From Bugula neritina (lineage: Eukaryota > Animalia > Bryozoa), in contig OZ037770.1 in assembly GCA_964035545.1 (NCBI GenBank), positions 4,558,662-4,622,661 on the forward strand: a stretch of 64,000 nucleotides of DNA, written 5' to 3'. The notes below the pieces were generated by a model, which had not been told where the DNA came from, did not search any database, and saw only the letters and a list, made by a program, of their open reading frames with translations. Position 1 is the stretch's first letter; each line of letters begins with the position of its first letter. Shown here piece by piece: positions 22,838 through 34,216 of this stretch. The translations under genes were made by a program, and so were the position numbers.

Positions 22838-22912
22838 GATTATATATTGCCTTCATACTACATAACTAGCTGGATAGGGACAGTGATATCTATATAATTG
22901 TTATCTTGAATC

Positions 22913-23623
22913 ATGGTTCGTAGAGCTAAATCAGCCACTAGTTCAACTAGTGAATCTACACCCGATTCATCTATCCATGGAAAGTTAGATCAGATCTTAG
23001 CAAGACTAAATGACTTTGATAGTAGGTTGAAGAAAGTAGAAATTGAACAGGCTGAAGTAATTAAAACCTGCAAATTTTTGAGCAAAGAATTTGATGATAT
23101 CAAGTTACTAAGAAATGAAATGAAGTGTTTGCTAAAAGATTTTCCAGATGTGAAAGACCGTGTGGATCAACTAGAATTCCAAGACCGTAAAAAACAGTTG
23201 ACATTAAATGGAATACCACAAAAATCTGGAGAGAACTTACTACATGCCATGAAAGTTATGAGTGAAAAACTAAAATGCGAACTTTAACCCTACCATGACA
23301 TAGACTCAATTTTTAGAGTCAAGACATCTGACAAAGTTATATTTAAATTTATTCACGCTCATAAACGTGACAAGTTCTTTGGATCATTTAGAAAAAACCC
23401 TCTAAATGCAACAGACTTAGGTTTTAAAGACAACTCTAAGCTCTACATAGATGAAGTGCTGAGCAAACCTCAAGCTGCTCTTTTTCATGAGACTCACATG
23501 TTCAAAAAAGAACATAAATACCGTTTTGCATGGACATCAAACCAAAGAATCTTCCTAAGGAAAGACAGTGATAGTAATGCAATACAGATCAATTCGACAG
23601 ATGATTTAGATGACCTCACTTAA
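22913..23623 (+). pseudogene. LINE ORF1 (coiled-coil + RRM-like), interrupted
   Basis: KLDQILARLNDFDSRLKKVE coiled coil, LEFQDRKKQLTLNGIPQKSGENL; continues past the stop at 23285-23287 with DIDSIFRV, KLYIDEVL, YRFAWTSNQRIFLRK. Confidence 0.7.
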
Positions 23624-23685
23624 ACACATGATTACTCCATATCCTCTGATTTTTAATTTCTGTAACTATATTTTTTTCAAATTCA

Positions 23686-24947
23686 TGGAAGCACACCTAA
23701 ACTGTGATCAATACACGCCAGAACAGTTTAGAAATAATATAAAAAATAATTCCAATTCTCTTACTATTTTAAATGTTAATGTACAAAGCCTTCGTAAAAA
23801 TTTTGATTCCCTAGAAACATTTATGTTTAGTGTCCCTAAACCTTTTAATGTTGTTTGTATTACTGAAAGTTTTCTTTATGATAATGAAGTACATAATTTT
23901 CCCATAAATGATTATGTTTTTATAGGTAAGCAGAGACAGAGTAAATGAGGTGGTGTCGGGCCTATGTACGCAGTAGTGATGTGGCTGAAGTCAAGGAAAG
24001 TCGAGCACTTTTTGCAGGCAGCGAATCTTTACATTTGGAGTTAAAGGGTGGTCTCTTTGGGTGCTTTGGGAGTGGTCTTCACCTCACAATCATTTACAGG
24101 CAACCGTCGGCGGACATTGGAGCTTTTCTCTCTGACCTGGAGCAGTACATCAGTTCTTCTAATTTTCCACATCATGTCATACTAGGTGATATCAATATCG
24201 ACACTCTTAAATCTGATCCTGTGAGTACATCTTACCTCAACATCCTATCCTGCTCTCATTTTATAAATTCAATTCAGATTCCTACACGATACGATTCTTG
24301 CTTAGATCATATAAATGTTAATTTTTATGATAAATTCCTAACATCTGGAACAATAACAACAAGCATAGCAGATCACTTGCCTACTTTTATCAAAATAGAA
24401 AATTTAACTGACTATTTTAATATAACTAAATCTACAAATATTAGAAATTATAAGAAAATAAATGAAGAACTATTTTTGAAAGATCTTTCTAAAGTAGACT
24501 GGAACTCCGAAGTATATGCCAAGAAAGATGTGAATTCTAGGTATGACAGTTTCTTTAAAATATTTATGGATTTATGCAATAAACATGCTCCATTAGTAAA
24601 ATTCTCAACAAATTGTCCACGCAAACTTAAAACAAATAAAAGACCCTGGATTAGTGTTGAATTAATTAAGTTGATGAACAAAAGGGATTATGTTTATAGA
24701 CAATCCTTAAATTCCCCTCTAAACTTGAAACTTAAATTTAAACATAAAACTTTAAAAAATTTAGTTACGAAGAATTTGCGTAGATCCAAGACTTCATATT
24801 TTGAATCTTTTTTTGAAAATAATTTAGATTCTAGTAAATGTTGGAAAGTCATAAACGAACATCTAGGAAAAAATCGATCAAAAGGATTAAATGCTCCTAA
24901 AAGTTTAACATCTGAAAATATTACACTAACTGAAGATAAGGACATAG
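23686..24947 (+). pseudogene. LINE ORF2 N-terminal part (APE endonuclease), frameshifted near 23945 and cut by Gypsy
   Basis: ILNVNVQSL, CITES, IYRQP, ILGDINID, SCLDHI, ADHLP, RPWIS. The frame resumes after the Gypsy TSD as EDKDIA|NKYFTSIG. Confidence 0.85.
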
Positions 24948-25253
24948 TGTGGTGGCTCGTAGAGCTACCAGCAGCACAATACGCAAGGTTGCGCATTGAC
25001 CCGGAACGATGTATTAGCCAATTAGCTAAGCTGCTTATGAGTAACAGTAGCAGCTTCGCGCTACTAGCCCAGTTGAAGTTAGTGTAGTGAACTAAATAGA
25101 TGCGTGTATTTTTAACTGTTGTATAACAAACTTTATTATGTATCTTTGTACCTAAATATAACAATACCTACTCGACTTATCACGGTGAAGTCTCTCTAGC
25201 AGTAAACAGACTCTCTTGGTTGCACATCGACCCTAATTCTGGAAATTATAACA
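24948..25253 (+). repeat. Gypsy copy 1 5' LTR
   Basis: TGTGGTGG...TAACA, repeated at 32092-32397. Confidence 0.95.
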
Positions 25254-25254
25254 G

Positions 25255-25272
25255 TGGTGGCAGCGGTGGGAT
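25255..25272 (+). promoter_or_regulatory. PBS complementary to the tRNA-Leu 3' end
   Basis: TGGTGGCAGCGGTGGGAT is the reverse complement of ATCCCACCGCTGCCA-CCA. Confidence 0.85.
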
Positions 25273-25286
25273 AGTGTACATCAAAG

Positions 25287-26155
25287 ATGGAGACTGAAAA
25301 TGCTAGAATGCAACCACCCCCAGTAGAAGGTGAGCGTAGAAATGATGTTAATCCTGTGAATCTTGAGGGAGAAGAAGCTTACAGATATTGCTTGAAAGCT
25401 CCCACCTTTACTGGGTCAGAAGATGTCGAACAGTTTATACAAGAATTTAGAGAGGTAATGGAGATTGCTCAATGGCCGCATAGAGTGGCCCTTATCCAAT
25501 TGTGGAGAGCGTTGACGGAGCAAGCCAAGCCGTACGGAGTGGGAACGGACATAAACGGGATACTGGCTGCGCTGCGGGCCCGTTTTGGCATCTCCGCAAT
25601 AGACGCTAGGACCAAGCTACAGAGATTGTGCCGCACCCCGCGGACCTCGCTGCAAGAACATGCCACAACGATGAAGAAGCTGGCACAGATTGCGTATGGT
25701 GATCTACCAGCACAACATCAAGAGCGTTACACATACGACGCCTTTGTCCAGTCACTAAACGACCTGGGCCTACACCATCAACTTCGAGCTAAAGGGATAA
25801 CCAGAATAGAGGATGCCCTGAAGGCTGGAGAAGCTTACCTGTTGGCTACCCAAATGCATCGAGCGCAACGGAACCCACCAGTAGTTGGAGTCAGTGCTGC
25901 CTGGGCTACGACAGGCCCCGAAGCCCCCCCCCGCTGGAAGCCGATGTGGACCGTATGGTAGAGATGCTGGGACAGCTGGTAACAATTCTGGCCGGCGTTG
26001 GCCCCGGTCAGGCCCTGCGATTGCCACCAACACCTGTGGGGCCGGGCTGGAGTAGTGCTGGTCAAGACCATGGACAGCAAGGACGACCCCAATACCAGGG
26101 GGCGTTAAACTGTCACGGCCCGCGGACGCTCTCCCTCCCCGCGGGCCGCAACTGA
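25287..26155 (+). pseudogene. gag: Gypsy gag, frameshifted in the C-run near 25925
   Basis: LKAPTFTGSEDVEQFIQEF..W capsid-like motif. Comparison with copy 2 shows the frame should continue to ...LNCHGPRTLSLPAGRN*. Confidence 0.8.
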
Positions 26156-26453
26156 AGGGGTATGGTGGGACACGCCGTCATCTGTCCGTACGGACACGAC
26201 GGAACACTCCCCCCGAGTGGCAGGTACCACGCAGGACTAGTAGGCCCGCACAACGGCCCAGTACCTTCTCCCTGCCACTCGCCAACCGGTTTCACCGGTT
26301 ACCTCGGGAGGAAGAGCCCCCCACTGAAATGGAGCCGGAAGGCCCAGTGGAAAGCCCCAAACCCCGCCGGCACCAACCTCGCCGCCATAAACCCTGTAAA
26401 CCACGGGTGAAACCCCCGCCGTCCTACCAATCTAGGACAGCACATGCGGGGGG

Positions 26454-29400
26454 GTGAAAGTACAACCACATGGAGAGAGCTATTTCCTACCCGGAAAGGT
26501 GGCCGGCAACGCCGTCACTTTCCTGCTCGACTCCGGTTGTACTACCAACCTTCTCAGTCGTAAAGTCTTTGAGGCACTGCCCCGCCGGGACAAGGATAGA
26601 GTACGACCGTATACGGGGGAACATGGCACCCTGGCAGACGGGTCACGTATTCCTTTCTACGGTATTATCGAGCTCCCTGGGCGTGTCCGAGACCAGGCTG
26701 TACAGGAGACCTTTGTCATAAGCCAACTGAAGGAAGATGCTATCCTCAGAATGCCCTTCTTGAAGCAACACCAGTGCCGAATAGACTTTAGCAAATTGGT
26801 GGTGCTGATGGGCGGGCGAGAACTTGCCTGTATGGATAAGTTTGGGCGTCCTCTGGTGGGCGGTGTTCAGGTAGTTCGAAACTGCACCGTGCCCGGACGC
26901 TCCAGAGCTACTATCCACTGCCGAGTGAACAGCAACCGGATAGCCAGGCTCAGGGTTGTTGAAGGCGCGCACGAAAGGATCCAACTTGCCAGTAGTTTAA
27001 ACCGACTAACTGAGCGAGGGGAGATCTTAGTGCAGTGTGTCAACCCCTTTACCGAGCCCATTGAGCTCCCAGCTGGGTCAATGGTGGGCTGGTTTCACTC
27101 CATCCAGGAAGAGGATGTGGGCCCGTCGCTGGGTGACGCGACGGAGGCACCCCTTCGACACCCTATTCAGGGACGAGGGGCGGTCCCAACACATCTCCGG
27201 GAGTTATATGAAACAGCCTGTGGCGGCTGCGCGAGTAACAAGGAACACCAAGCTATGGCGAAGTTGCTACGCGACTACGGTGATGTGTTCAGCAGCGGAG
27301 ATCATGACGTGGGGCTGACTGGAGTTGTCAGACACGAAATACCGCTGACTGCAGGGACAGTCCCTGTCCGGCAACCCACACGCAGACTGGGGCCGAAAAA
27401 AGAGAAGGAGGTTAGCCGACAAGTACGGGATGTTCTGGACCGCGGCCTCATAGAGCCCGCCCATAGTGCGTGGAGGTCACCGGTCGTACTGGTCCGGAAG
27501 AAAGACGGCAGTTGGCGGTTCTGTGTGGATTACCGCAAACTCAATAACGTAACCATACAGGACGCCTACCCTCTACCTCGTATTGACGAGTCATTGGACG
27601 CCCTAGTCGGCAGCAAGTACTTCAGTACGTTAGACTTGCTGAGTGGTTATTGGCAAGTCCCTCTGAGTCCCGACGCCCAGGAGAAAGCGGCGTTTATCAC
27701 ACGGGACGGGTTGTGGAAGTGGAAAGTGCTGCCCTTCGGGTTAACCTCCGCCCCAGCCACCTTCCAGAGGCTGATGGAGCAAGTCCTTAGCGGGCTCCAT
27801 TGGAAGACACTGCTGGTCTACCTCGATGATGTCATCGTGATCTCCCCAGACTTCGAGACGCATGTCAGTCGTCTGCAGGAGGTCTTTGAGAGACTCCGAG
27901 GTGCCGGTCTCAAGCTCAAACCTTCCAAGTGCGCTCTATTGCAGCCAGAGGTTAAGTACCTGGGGCATGTTGTCGGTCGAAACGGCGTGGCAACGGATCC
28001 CGAGAAGGTACGGGCAATAGAAGACTGGGTCACCCCCCAAGACTTGACCGGACTCCGGGCTTTCTTGGGGCTGGTAGGGTATTACAGGCAATACATACCA
28101 GACTTTGCGGGCATAGCACAGCCGTTAAATCGGCTCACCGCAAAGGGAGTGACGTGGCAGTGGACCCCAGTCGAACAAGGAGCGTTCGACCGCCTCAAGG
28201 TCTGCCTACTAACGGCGCCCATCTTGGCCTACCCAGACCCCACTCTAGCGTACATCCTCGACACTGATGCCAGTGACCAAAATGTTGGCGCTGTGCTGTC
28301 ACAATTGCAGGCATGCTGAGAGGTAGTAGTAGCCTACTACAGTAAGTCTCTCTCACCCGCTGAACGAAATTACTGCACTACCCGCAAGGAGTTGCTGGCA
28401 GTAATCAAGTCAGTGAAGCACTTCAGACCATACTTATACGGCAGGAAGTTCCGGCTGCGTACGGATCATGCCTCGCTGATCTGGTTGTGCAAGAGAGCAG
28501 AGCCCTCCAGTCAGGTCGCCCGGTGGCTCAAAATCCTAGCTGAATTCTCGTACCAGATCGAACACCGACCGGGCAAGAGACACAGCAATGCGGATGGTTT
28601 GAGCCGCCGACCTGATGGAGGTTGCAAACAGTGTCTCAACATCGAGAGGAGGGATGGAGGTCCCCCGCGATGCGAGTTGGAGACGCTGGTTCATCACGGA
28701 GCACCGTTTGACTGGGACCAGGGTCAACTCAGACAGGAGGTTGACGAGTTCCCCGAGGTTGTACAAAACCTCCGCGCCAACCCTGTACTGGCCGATAATG
28801 TCCGAGAGCTGAAGAAGCTCCAAGAAGAGCTGCCTGGAGTCGTGGCAGACATATATCGGGCCAAAAGGGAAGGGCGACGACCCAGCATGGAACGCATACG
28901 ACAGGGATGCGCCGAGTTCCGGCTATACTGTCAGCGTTGGGACTCGCTGCGGATCGGGCAGGATGGTTTACTGACCATCTCTCTAGCCGCCAACAGCAGA
29001 CATCCAGAGAGGAAGAGGGTAGTCTGCCCCACGGCCATCCGCCGTGAGTTGATTTGGGATACTCACAAACAGGCCCACGCAGGGGTCAAGAGAGTGATCT
29101 CCAATTTATGACTCCGGTGGTATTGGCCACAAATGGAGCGGGACGTCCGACTCAGAGTCAAACAGTGTGAGATCTGCCAGGCCAGTAAGCATGGCCGTCT
29201 CCCTGGTGAAGCGGGACGGCGGAGGCTATATGCTGGAAGGCCCTGGCAAGTAGTCGCTGTAGACCTGGTCGGACCCATGCCCCTGACCCCCAGAGGCAAT
29301 AGTTGGATCTTAGTACTGACCGACCACTTTACTAGGTAGGCGGATGCTCTGGCTATCCCAGATGCGTCAGCCCCAACAGTGGCCAGGGTACTAGACCAAC

Positions 29401-30731
29401 ATGTATTCTGTTATTTCGGTCTCCCCGAACAGATACACTCTGATCAAGGCGCTCAGTTCCAGTCTCAACTGATGAGCGACCTTCGCCACCTCTGGGGAGT
29501 AAATCAGAGCCGGACCACCCCCTACCACCCTCAAGGTAACGGGGTGGTGAAGCGCAATAACCGGATGCTAGGTGATGCGCTCCGGAGTCTCCTCCTTGGA
29601 CGCGGCCAAGGGGAATGGGATACGGTGTTGTCGCAAGTCATGCGTGCATACCCTAGCACCCCACACACCAGTACTGGTGAGACCCCAAACCTCTTGATGC
29701 TCGGGAGAGAGACCTGGGTTCCTGACCATCTTACCTACCACGTTCCAGAGCAAGACAACTCGGTTCATGAGTATGCCAGTGAACTAGTGGAACGGATGAA
29801 GGCCGCACACGATATACTGCGCGAACAGCAGTGGAAGGTGCGACATGAAGATTCCGAGGAACTACCTCTCTACCAAACGACAGATAAGGTGTGGATGGTC
29901 AATTACCGTAGGCGTCGCGGGCAGGCTGACAAATTAAAACCTAAGTTCGTGGGACCCTACGTGATTGTCGAGGCTATGCCCAACCATACGTACAAGATTG
30001 AGCGCTCAGGACAGGTGTCTATCCAGAATGAGTCTTGCTTGAAGCCGTATTGGGCTAGCCCCGACGCAGTGGAAGAAGCCCCCCCGTTGTTGGAGCCCAG
30101 GAGGCAGACAACAACATGCGGGCGACGGCGGCATGGACCTGAATATGAAGTGGTCATACCGCGGGAAGAAAACTTGGTGAGAGAAGAAAGACAGCTTTTA
30201 CCAACAGAAGCATGTCCGCCGCCGCCAAGACTAATTCCATCACTTCCAGAAACCGAGCCGGTTCCGGAAGTGCAAGCCCCCACGGAGGGAGGGGCTCCAT
30301 CCGGAGAACAAGAAGAAGTGACCGCTAACGGTGAAGTAGAGACGCCATTAGAGGCCCCTACTAATAAACCAGGAAGCGTGTCACCCCCCCCCCTAGAACG
30401 GGGACAACGTACGAGGAAACCCCCACCATATTTAAAAGACTTCGTATGTGACTGCATTAAAAGCGGCACGCATGAAAGTCTAGGGGAAAACCGTACGATA
30501 AAATGTTGGAGTTGTGAACCCCACGCAAATATCAACTTTTGCGAGGGCAGAATAGTGGGAGGAATTAATGCGCGTAAAGCAAATAGTTCCGACCTCGTGC
30601 CTCAGAAACGATGCTCAGCCTTTTCTTACGCTGACATCGCCAAAGGCAGACGTATCTCACAACCAGCTCCAATCTTACCAAGAACGTTGAGTATGGACAT
30701 TAATACCGAGTTCACAGGTAAGCCAGTATAA
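26454..30731 (+). pseudogene. pol: Gypsy pol (PR, RT, RNase H, integrase) with premature stops
   Basis: LLDSG, WRFCVDYRKLN, YLDD, LDTDAS, HHCC, VAVD/HSDQG. Stops at 28317, 29109 and 29337; integrase E>K (VVKRNNR). Confidence 0.92.
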
Positions 30732-30748
30732 GTCTTGTATTCCTATCC

Positions 30749-31822
30749 ATGGAAACGGGCTCGATGCCAGTAAATTCTGAACTAATTCATCAGATTGAAT
30801 CAGAATTACTGGGAACCACGTTTCACGTGAATGACGACGAGGACACTGTAATGGCTGACGGTCTGTTAGACCTGGAGCTAGACACTATTCTTGGTCAGTC
30901 CACACATGATTCACTGGTTCCTCGAGTGCATTCTAAAAGTTGTAACTCTCAGGCTAGTAACAGTCGACAGTCACTAGAATTATGTTGTAAAGATCCACCG
31001 CGATCTAACAATAATTCTACTTTTGTAGACACACTCACGCCCGTCTCTCCGGGCATGCCTTCTTTAGAGATGGCGTGGGACCCAGAGCCGGCCCCACCAA
31101 CTTCCACAACCAGACAACTGCCACCCCAGTTAGAAGCAACCTCTAACTGGACCATCCCTGCCACAGAGAAAGAGATTAAGACTCATAGAGGAGATGACAG
31201 TAACCGCGAATGCCGCCTATGTCAGCAGCGGTTTACAACCCATCGTAGGCTGAGAGTCCACCTGCCACAGCATTACATCACAACGTTCTGCCCCTGCGGG
31301 GAATATAGTTACAATCGTGATTATCTACTGCGTCACCAACGCACTATGCAGTGTTTTCAAGGACACGTCTATGAAGTAGACGAATCATCATATCCCGCAT
31401 TCCTTAACGCCATCAGACCCCTCATCACCGACCCAGCTCGACTGTCTCGCCTGGAGCAAGGCTTTCCCTCCCCTCGACCCATCATCTCGGAAACCATGGA
31501 TAAGCCTACAAAGTCAGCTAACTCCCCACCTCTCAGTCCTATACGCCAACCGCATGCACTTCCCCGTGTCGTACTACAGAGGGTAGACACGAAGGCGTAT
31601 ACACTCCCTCCCCCACTTCCATCTTCAGAACGGAAAAGGCACAGGCAGCAGACTTTCTCTCGCTCATCCCCTCTGGCCCGCAACTTACGAGAAATAGAAG
31701 CTAGGGCACACGACCTGGAGCAAGAAGTATATAGACTGGCCCCACGCGTGCATGCTGCATCCAGTGAACTCAGGTATCTACAGGAGTCTATCAAACGCAT
31801 GGGGCGGGCGGCCCACGGTTAA
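30749..31822 (+). CDS. Gypsy extra ORF3: C2H2 zinc-finger + coiled-coil protein, 357 aa
   Basis: CRLCQQRFTTHRRLRVHLPQH (C2H2), then CPC..RH..C finger-like, RKRHR basic patch and a C-terminal heptad helix. Intact and the same length in copy 2. Confidence 0.85.
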   Translation: METGSMPVNSELIHQIESELLGTTFHVNDDEDTVMADGLLDLELDTILGQSTHDSLVPRVHSKSCNSQASNSRQSLELCCKDPPRSNNNSTFVDTLTPVSPGMPSLEMAWDPEPAPPTSTTRQLPPQLEATSNWTIPATEKEIKTHRGDDSNRECRLCQQRFTTHRRLRVHLPQHYITTFCPCGEYSYNRDYLLRHQRTMQCFQGHVYEVDESSYPAFLNAIRPLITDPARLSRLEQGFPSPRPIISETMDKPTKSANSPPLSPIRQPHALPRVVLQRVDTKAYTLPPPLPSSERKRHRQQTFSRSSPLARNLREIEARAHDLEQEVYRLAPRVHAASSELRYLQESIKRMGRAAHG

Positions 31823-32091
31823 CATGAGTCCATCTCCAACTCCATACCACTCCTCCTCTACCTCTCTGTGGCATTCCCTACCAGTACGGTGGCACGTACT
31901 CTACATGTAAATAGGACTTATTACATACCTTGTATCATCCATTGTGCATATTTTTTTATATACATGTATATCTAATCAATTGGCTCTTGTATATACTTTT
32001 ATATTGTTCTCTCTCAGCCCACCGATGTATAAGTTTTTTTTATGTGAATTATATTTTTATCAGAAAGAGGGCTTTCTGCTGGAGGGGGCAG

Positions 32092-32397
32092 TGTGGTGGC
32101 TCGTAGAGCTACCAGCAGCACAATACGCAAGGTTGCGCATTGACCCGGAACGATGTATTAGCCAATTAGCTAGGCTGCTTATGAGTAACAGTAGCAGCTT
32201 CGCGCTACTAGCCCAGTTGAAGTTAGTGTAGTGAACTAAATAGATGCGTGTATTTTTAACTGTTGTATAACAAACTTTATTATGTATCTTTGTATCTAAA
32301 TATAACAATACCTACTCGACTTATCACGGTGAAGTCTCTCTAGCAGTAAACAGACTCTCTTGGTTGCACATCGACCCTAATTCTGGAAATTATAACA
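32092..32397 (+). repeat. Gypsy copy 1 3' LTR
   Basis: Follows the PPT and is followed by TSD ATAG. Confidence 0.95.
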
Positions 32398-32401
32398 ATA
32401 G

Positions 32402-34036
32402 CAAATAAATACTTTACTTCCATAGGAACAACGTTATTAAAGAAATTTACTGACGACAATTTTGATTTTACAGAAGTCAGATAAAAAACTTGATGAACAG
32501 TTTAGCTTCACAAATATTGAAAGCACAGTCATTGAAAGCTTACTTAAAAATGTAAACCCAGCCAAAGCTGCAGGATTAGATTTAGCTCCCACCAACCTAA
32601 TAAAAATATCTGCATCTCATCTTTCAAAACCTTTAGCTTACATTATAAACACAATTATCAATGATGGCGCTTTTCCAAATGAACTAAAAAAAGCTAAAGT
32701 TGTTCCTCTACACAAAACAGGCATAGCTACTGATGTAAGTAATTACCGCCCAATTTCTATATTACCTGCTTTCAGTAAGATAGCTGAAAATATTTTAAAT
32801 AGTAAGCAAATAGTAGATTTTCTAGAAAGCAAAAATTATTTAACTGATAAGCAGTACGGCTTTAGACGAAATAGAAACACAAATATTGCCTTAATTAATC
32901 TAACAAATAAGGTTTTAAATGCCATGAACAATGGTAATTCTGTAGCGGGAATTTTCCTCGATTTTAGTAAGGCCTTTGACACAATAAATCATGAAATCTT
33001 ATTAGCTAAATTAAAAATGCTCCACTTTTCAAGTCACAGTGTGAAGCTAATTAAAAATTATCTGTCCAATCGTCAACAGTCTACTATTATTAACAACACA
33101 TATTCTGACTTTATTCATATCACATGTGGAGTACCACAAGGATCCATACTTGGTCCCACACTATTCCTAATTTATATAAATGATCTTCCAGATGTAACTA
33201 TGCATTTAGACCCTATATTATTTGCCGACGATACGAACCTCTTCTTTGAATCAAAAAATCTATTAAACAATATGGACATCATAAACTGTGAATTAAAGAA
33301 AATAGAAAATTTGTGCAATAAAAATAAATTAACTGTAAACATGAGTAAAACAAACTATATGATAATCAAAACAGCGCAAAATAAACAAGATTTAAATGGC
33401 TTTGCCTTAGAAATGTTTAACAAAAAATTAGTGGAGGTAAAATCAACTACCTTCTTAGGTATTATAATAGATTCACATCTTTCTTGGCAACAACATTGCA
33501 GCAAACTTTGTCAAAACCTAAAGCCCTTAGTAGGCTTGATAAGTAAATGTTCCAATCACCTACCTAGAACAATTCTAATACAAATATATAACTCTTTTGT
33601 AAATTCTAAACTAACATATTGCCTAGAATCGTGGGGTAATGCAGCAAACATTTATCTTGAACCACTACATTTACTACACAAAAAAATACTGAGAATTATA
33701 TATAAAAAGCATCACCTTTCCCCATCTAAACCACTGTTTCTTAGTTCTTCAATCATGCCTATTCACCCTCTACACAAATTCAAACTAATACTGCTCTCAC
33801 ATAAACTTTACTGCTCTCAACTATTACATATCACACATAACTATCCCACAAGATTTTCAGAGTTCAGCCTACAAACTCCTCCATCATCAACTGCTGCAGG
33901 TCAACAAAGAGTGGAATTCCAATGTTCGTCGCTTTGGAATAAATTGCTTAGTTCTATTCGTGCTGTGGGGAGGGAGGCTGGTTTCAAACTTGCCTTGAGA
34001 GACCATCTAATGACAAATTTCCAGATAAAAAAATAA
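32402..34036 (+). pseudogene. LINE ORF2 C-terminal part (reverse transcriptase)
   Basis: KAAGLD, NYRPISILP, QYGFR, FLDFSKAFDTINH, GVPQGSILGPTLFLIYINDL, LFADDT, FLGIIID. Confidence 0.92.
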
Positions 34037-34216
34037 TACTTTTTGAGTTGCTAAAACTTCCAAAAACCTAAACAAAAATCTTATATAACTGTCAACCATT
34101 CATGGCTCGGTGCCTCGACTAGCTACAGTGCTATTGCGCCATAGGCCCTGTCATTTTGTTTATTTTTTTTTCAATTAATTTTTTTCTGACTACGACAAAA
34201 TAAAAACAAACAAACA

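Larger units (their letters stand above)
24948..32397 (+). mobile_element. Ty3/Gypsy LTR retrotransposon, copy 1 (defective pol)
   Basis: 306-bp LTRs 24948-25253 and 32092-32397 (two mismatches seen), TSD ATAG, tRNA-Leu PBS, PPT GGAGGGGGCAG, order PR-RT-RH-IN. Confidence 0.97.
22838..34216 (+). mobile_element. L2/Crack/CR1-group LINE, near full length, interrupted by Gypsy copy 1
   Basis: ORF1 plus APE-RT ORF2; 3' AATAAA followed by (CAAA)n tail; flanking duplication AACAGTG (22831-22837, 34217-34223). Confidence 0.88.

Noticed and set aside
29957-31800. Antisense ORFs in the Gypsy elements (also 57900-59713)
   Set aside because: Shadows of GC-rich sense ORFs; lengths are not conserved between copies and the substitution pattern favours the sense frame.
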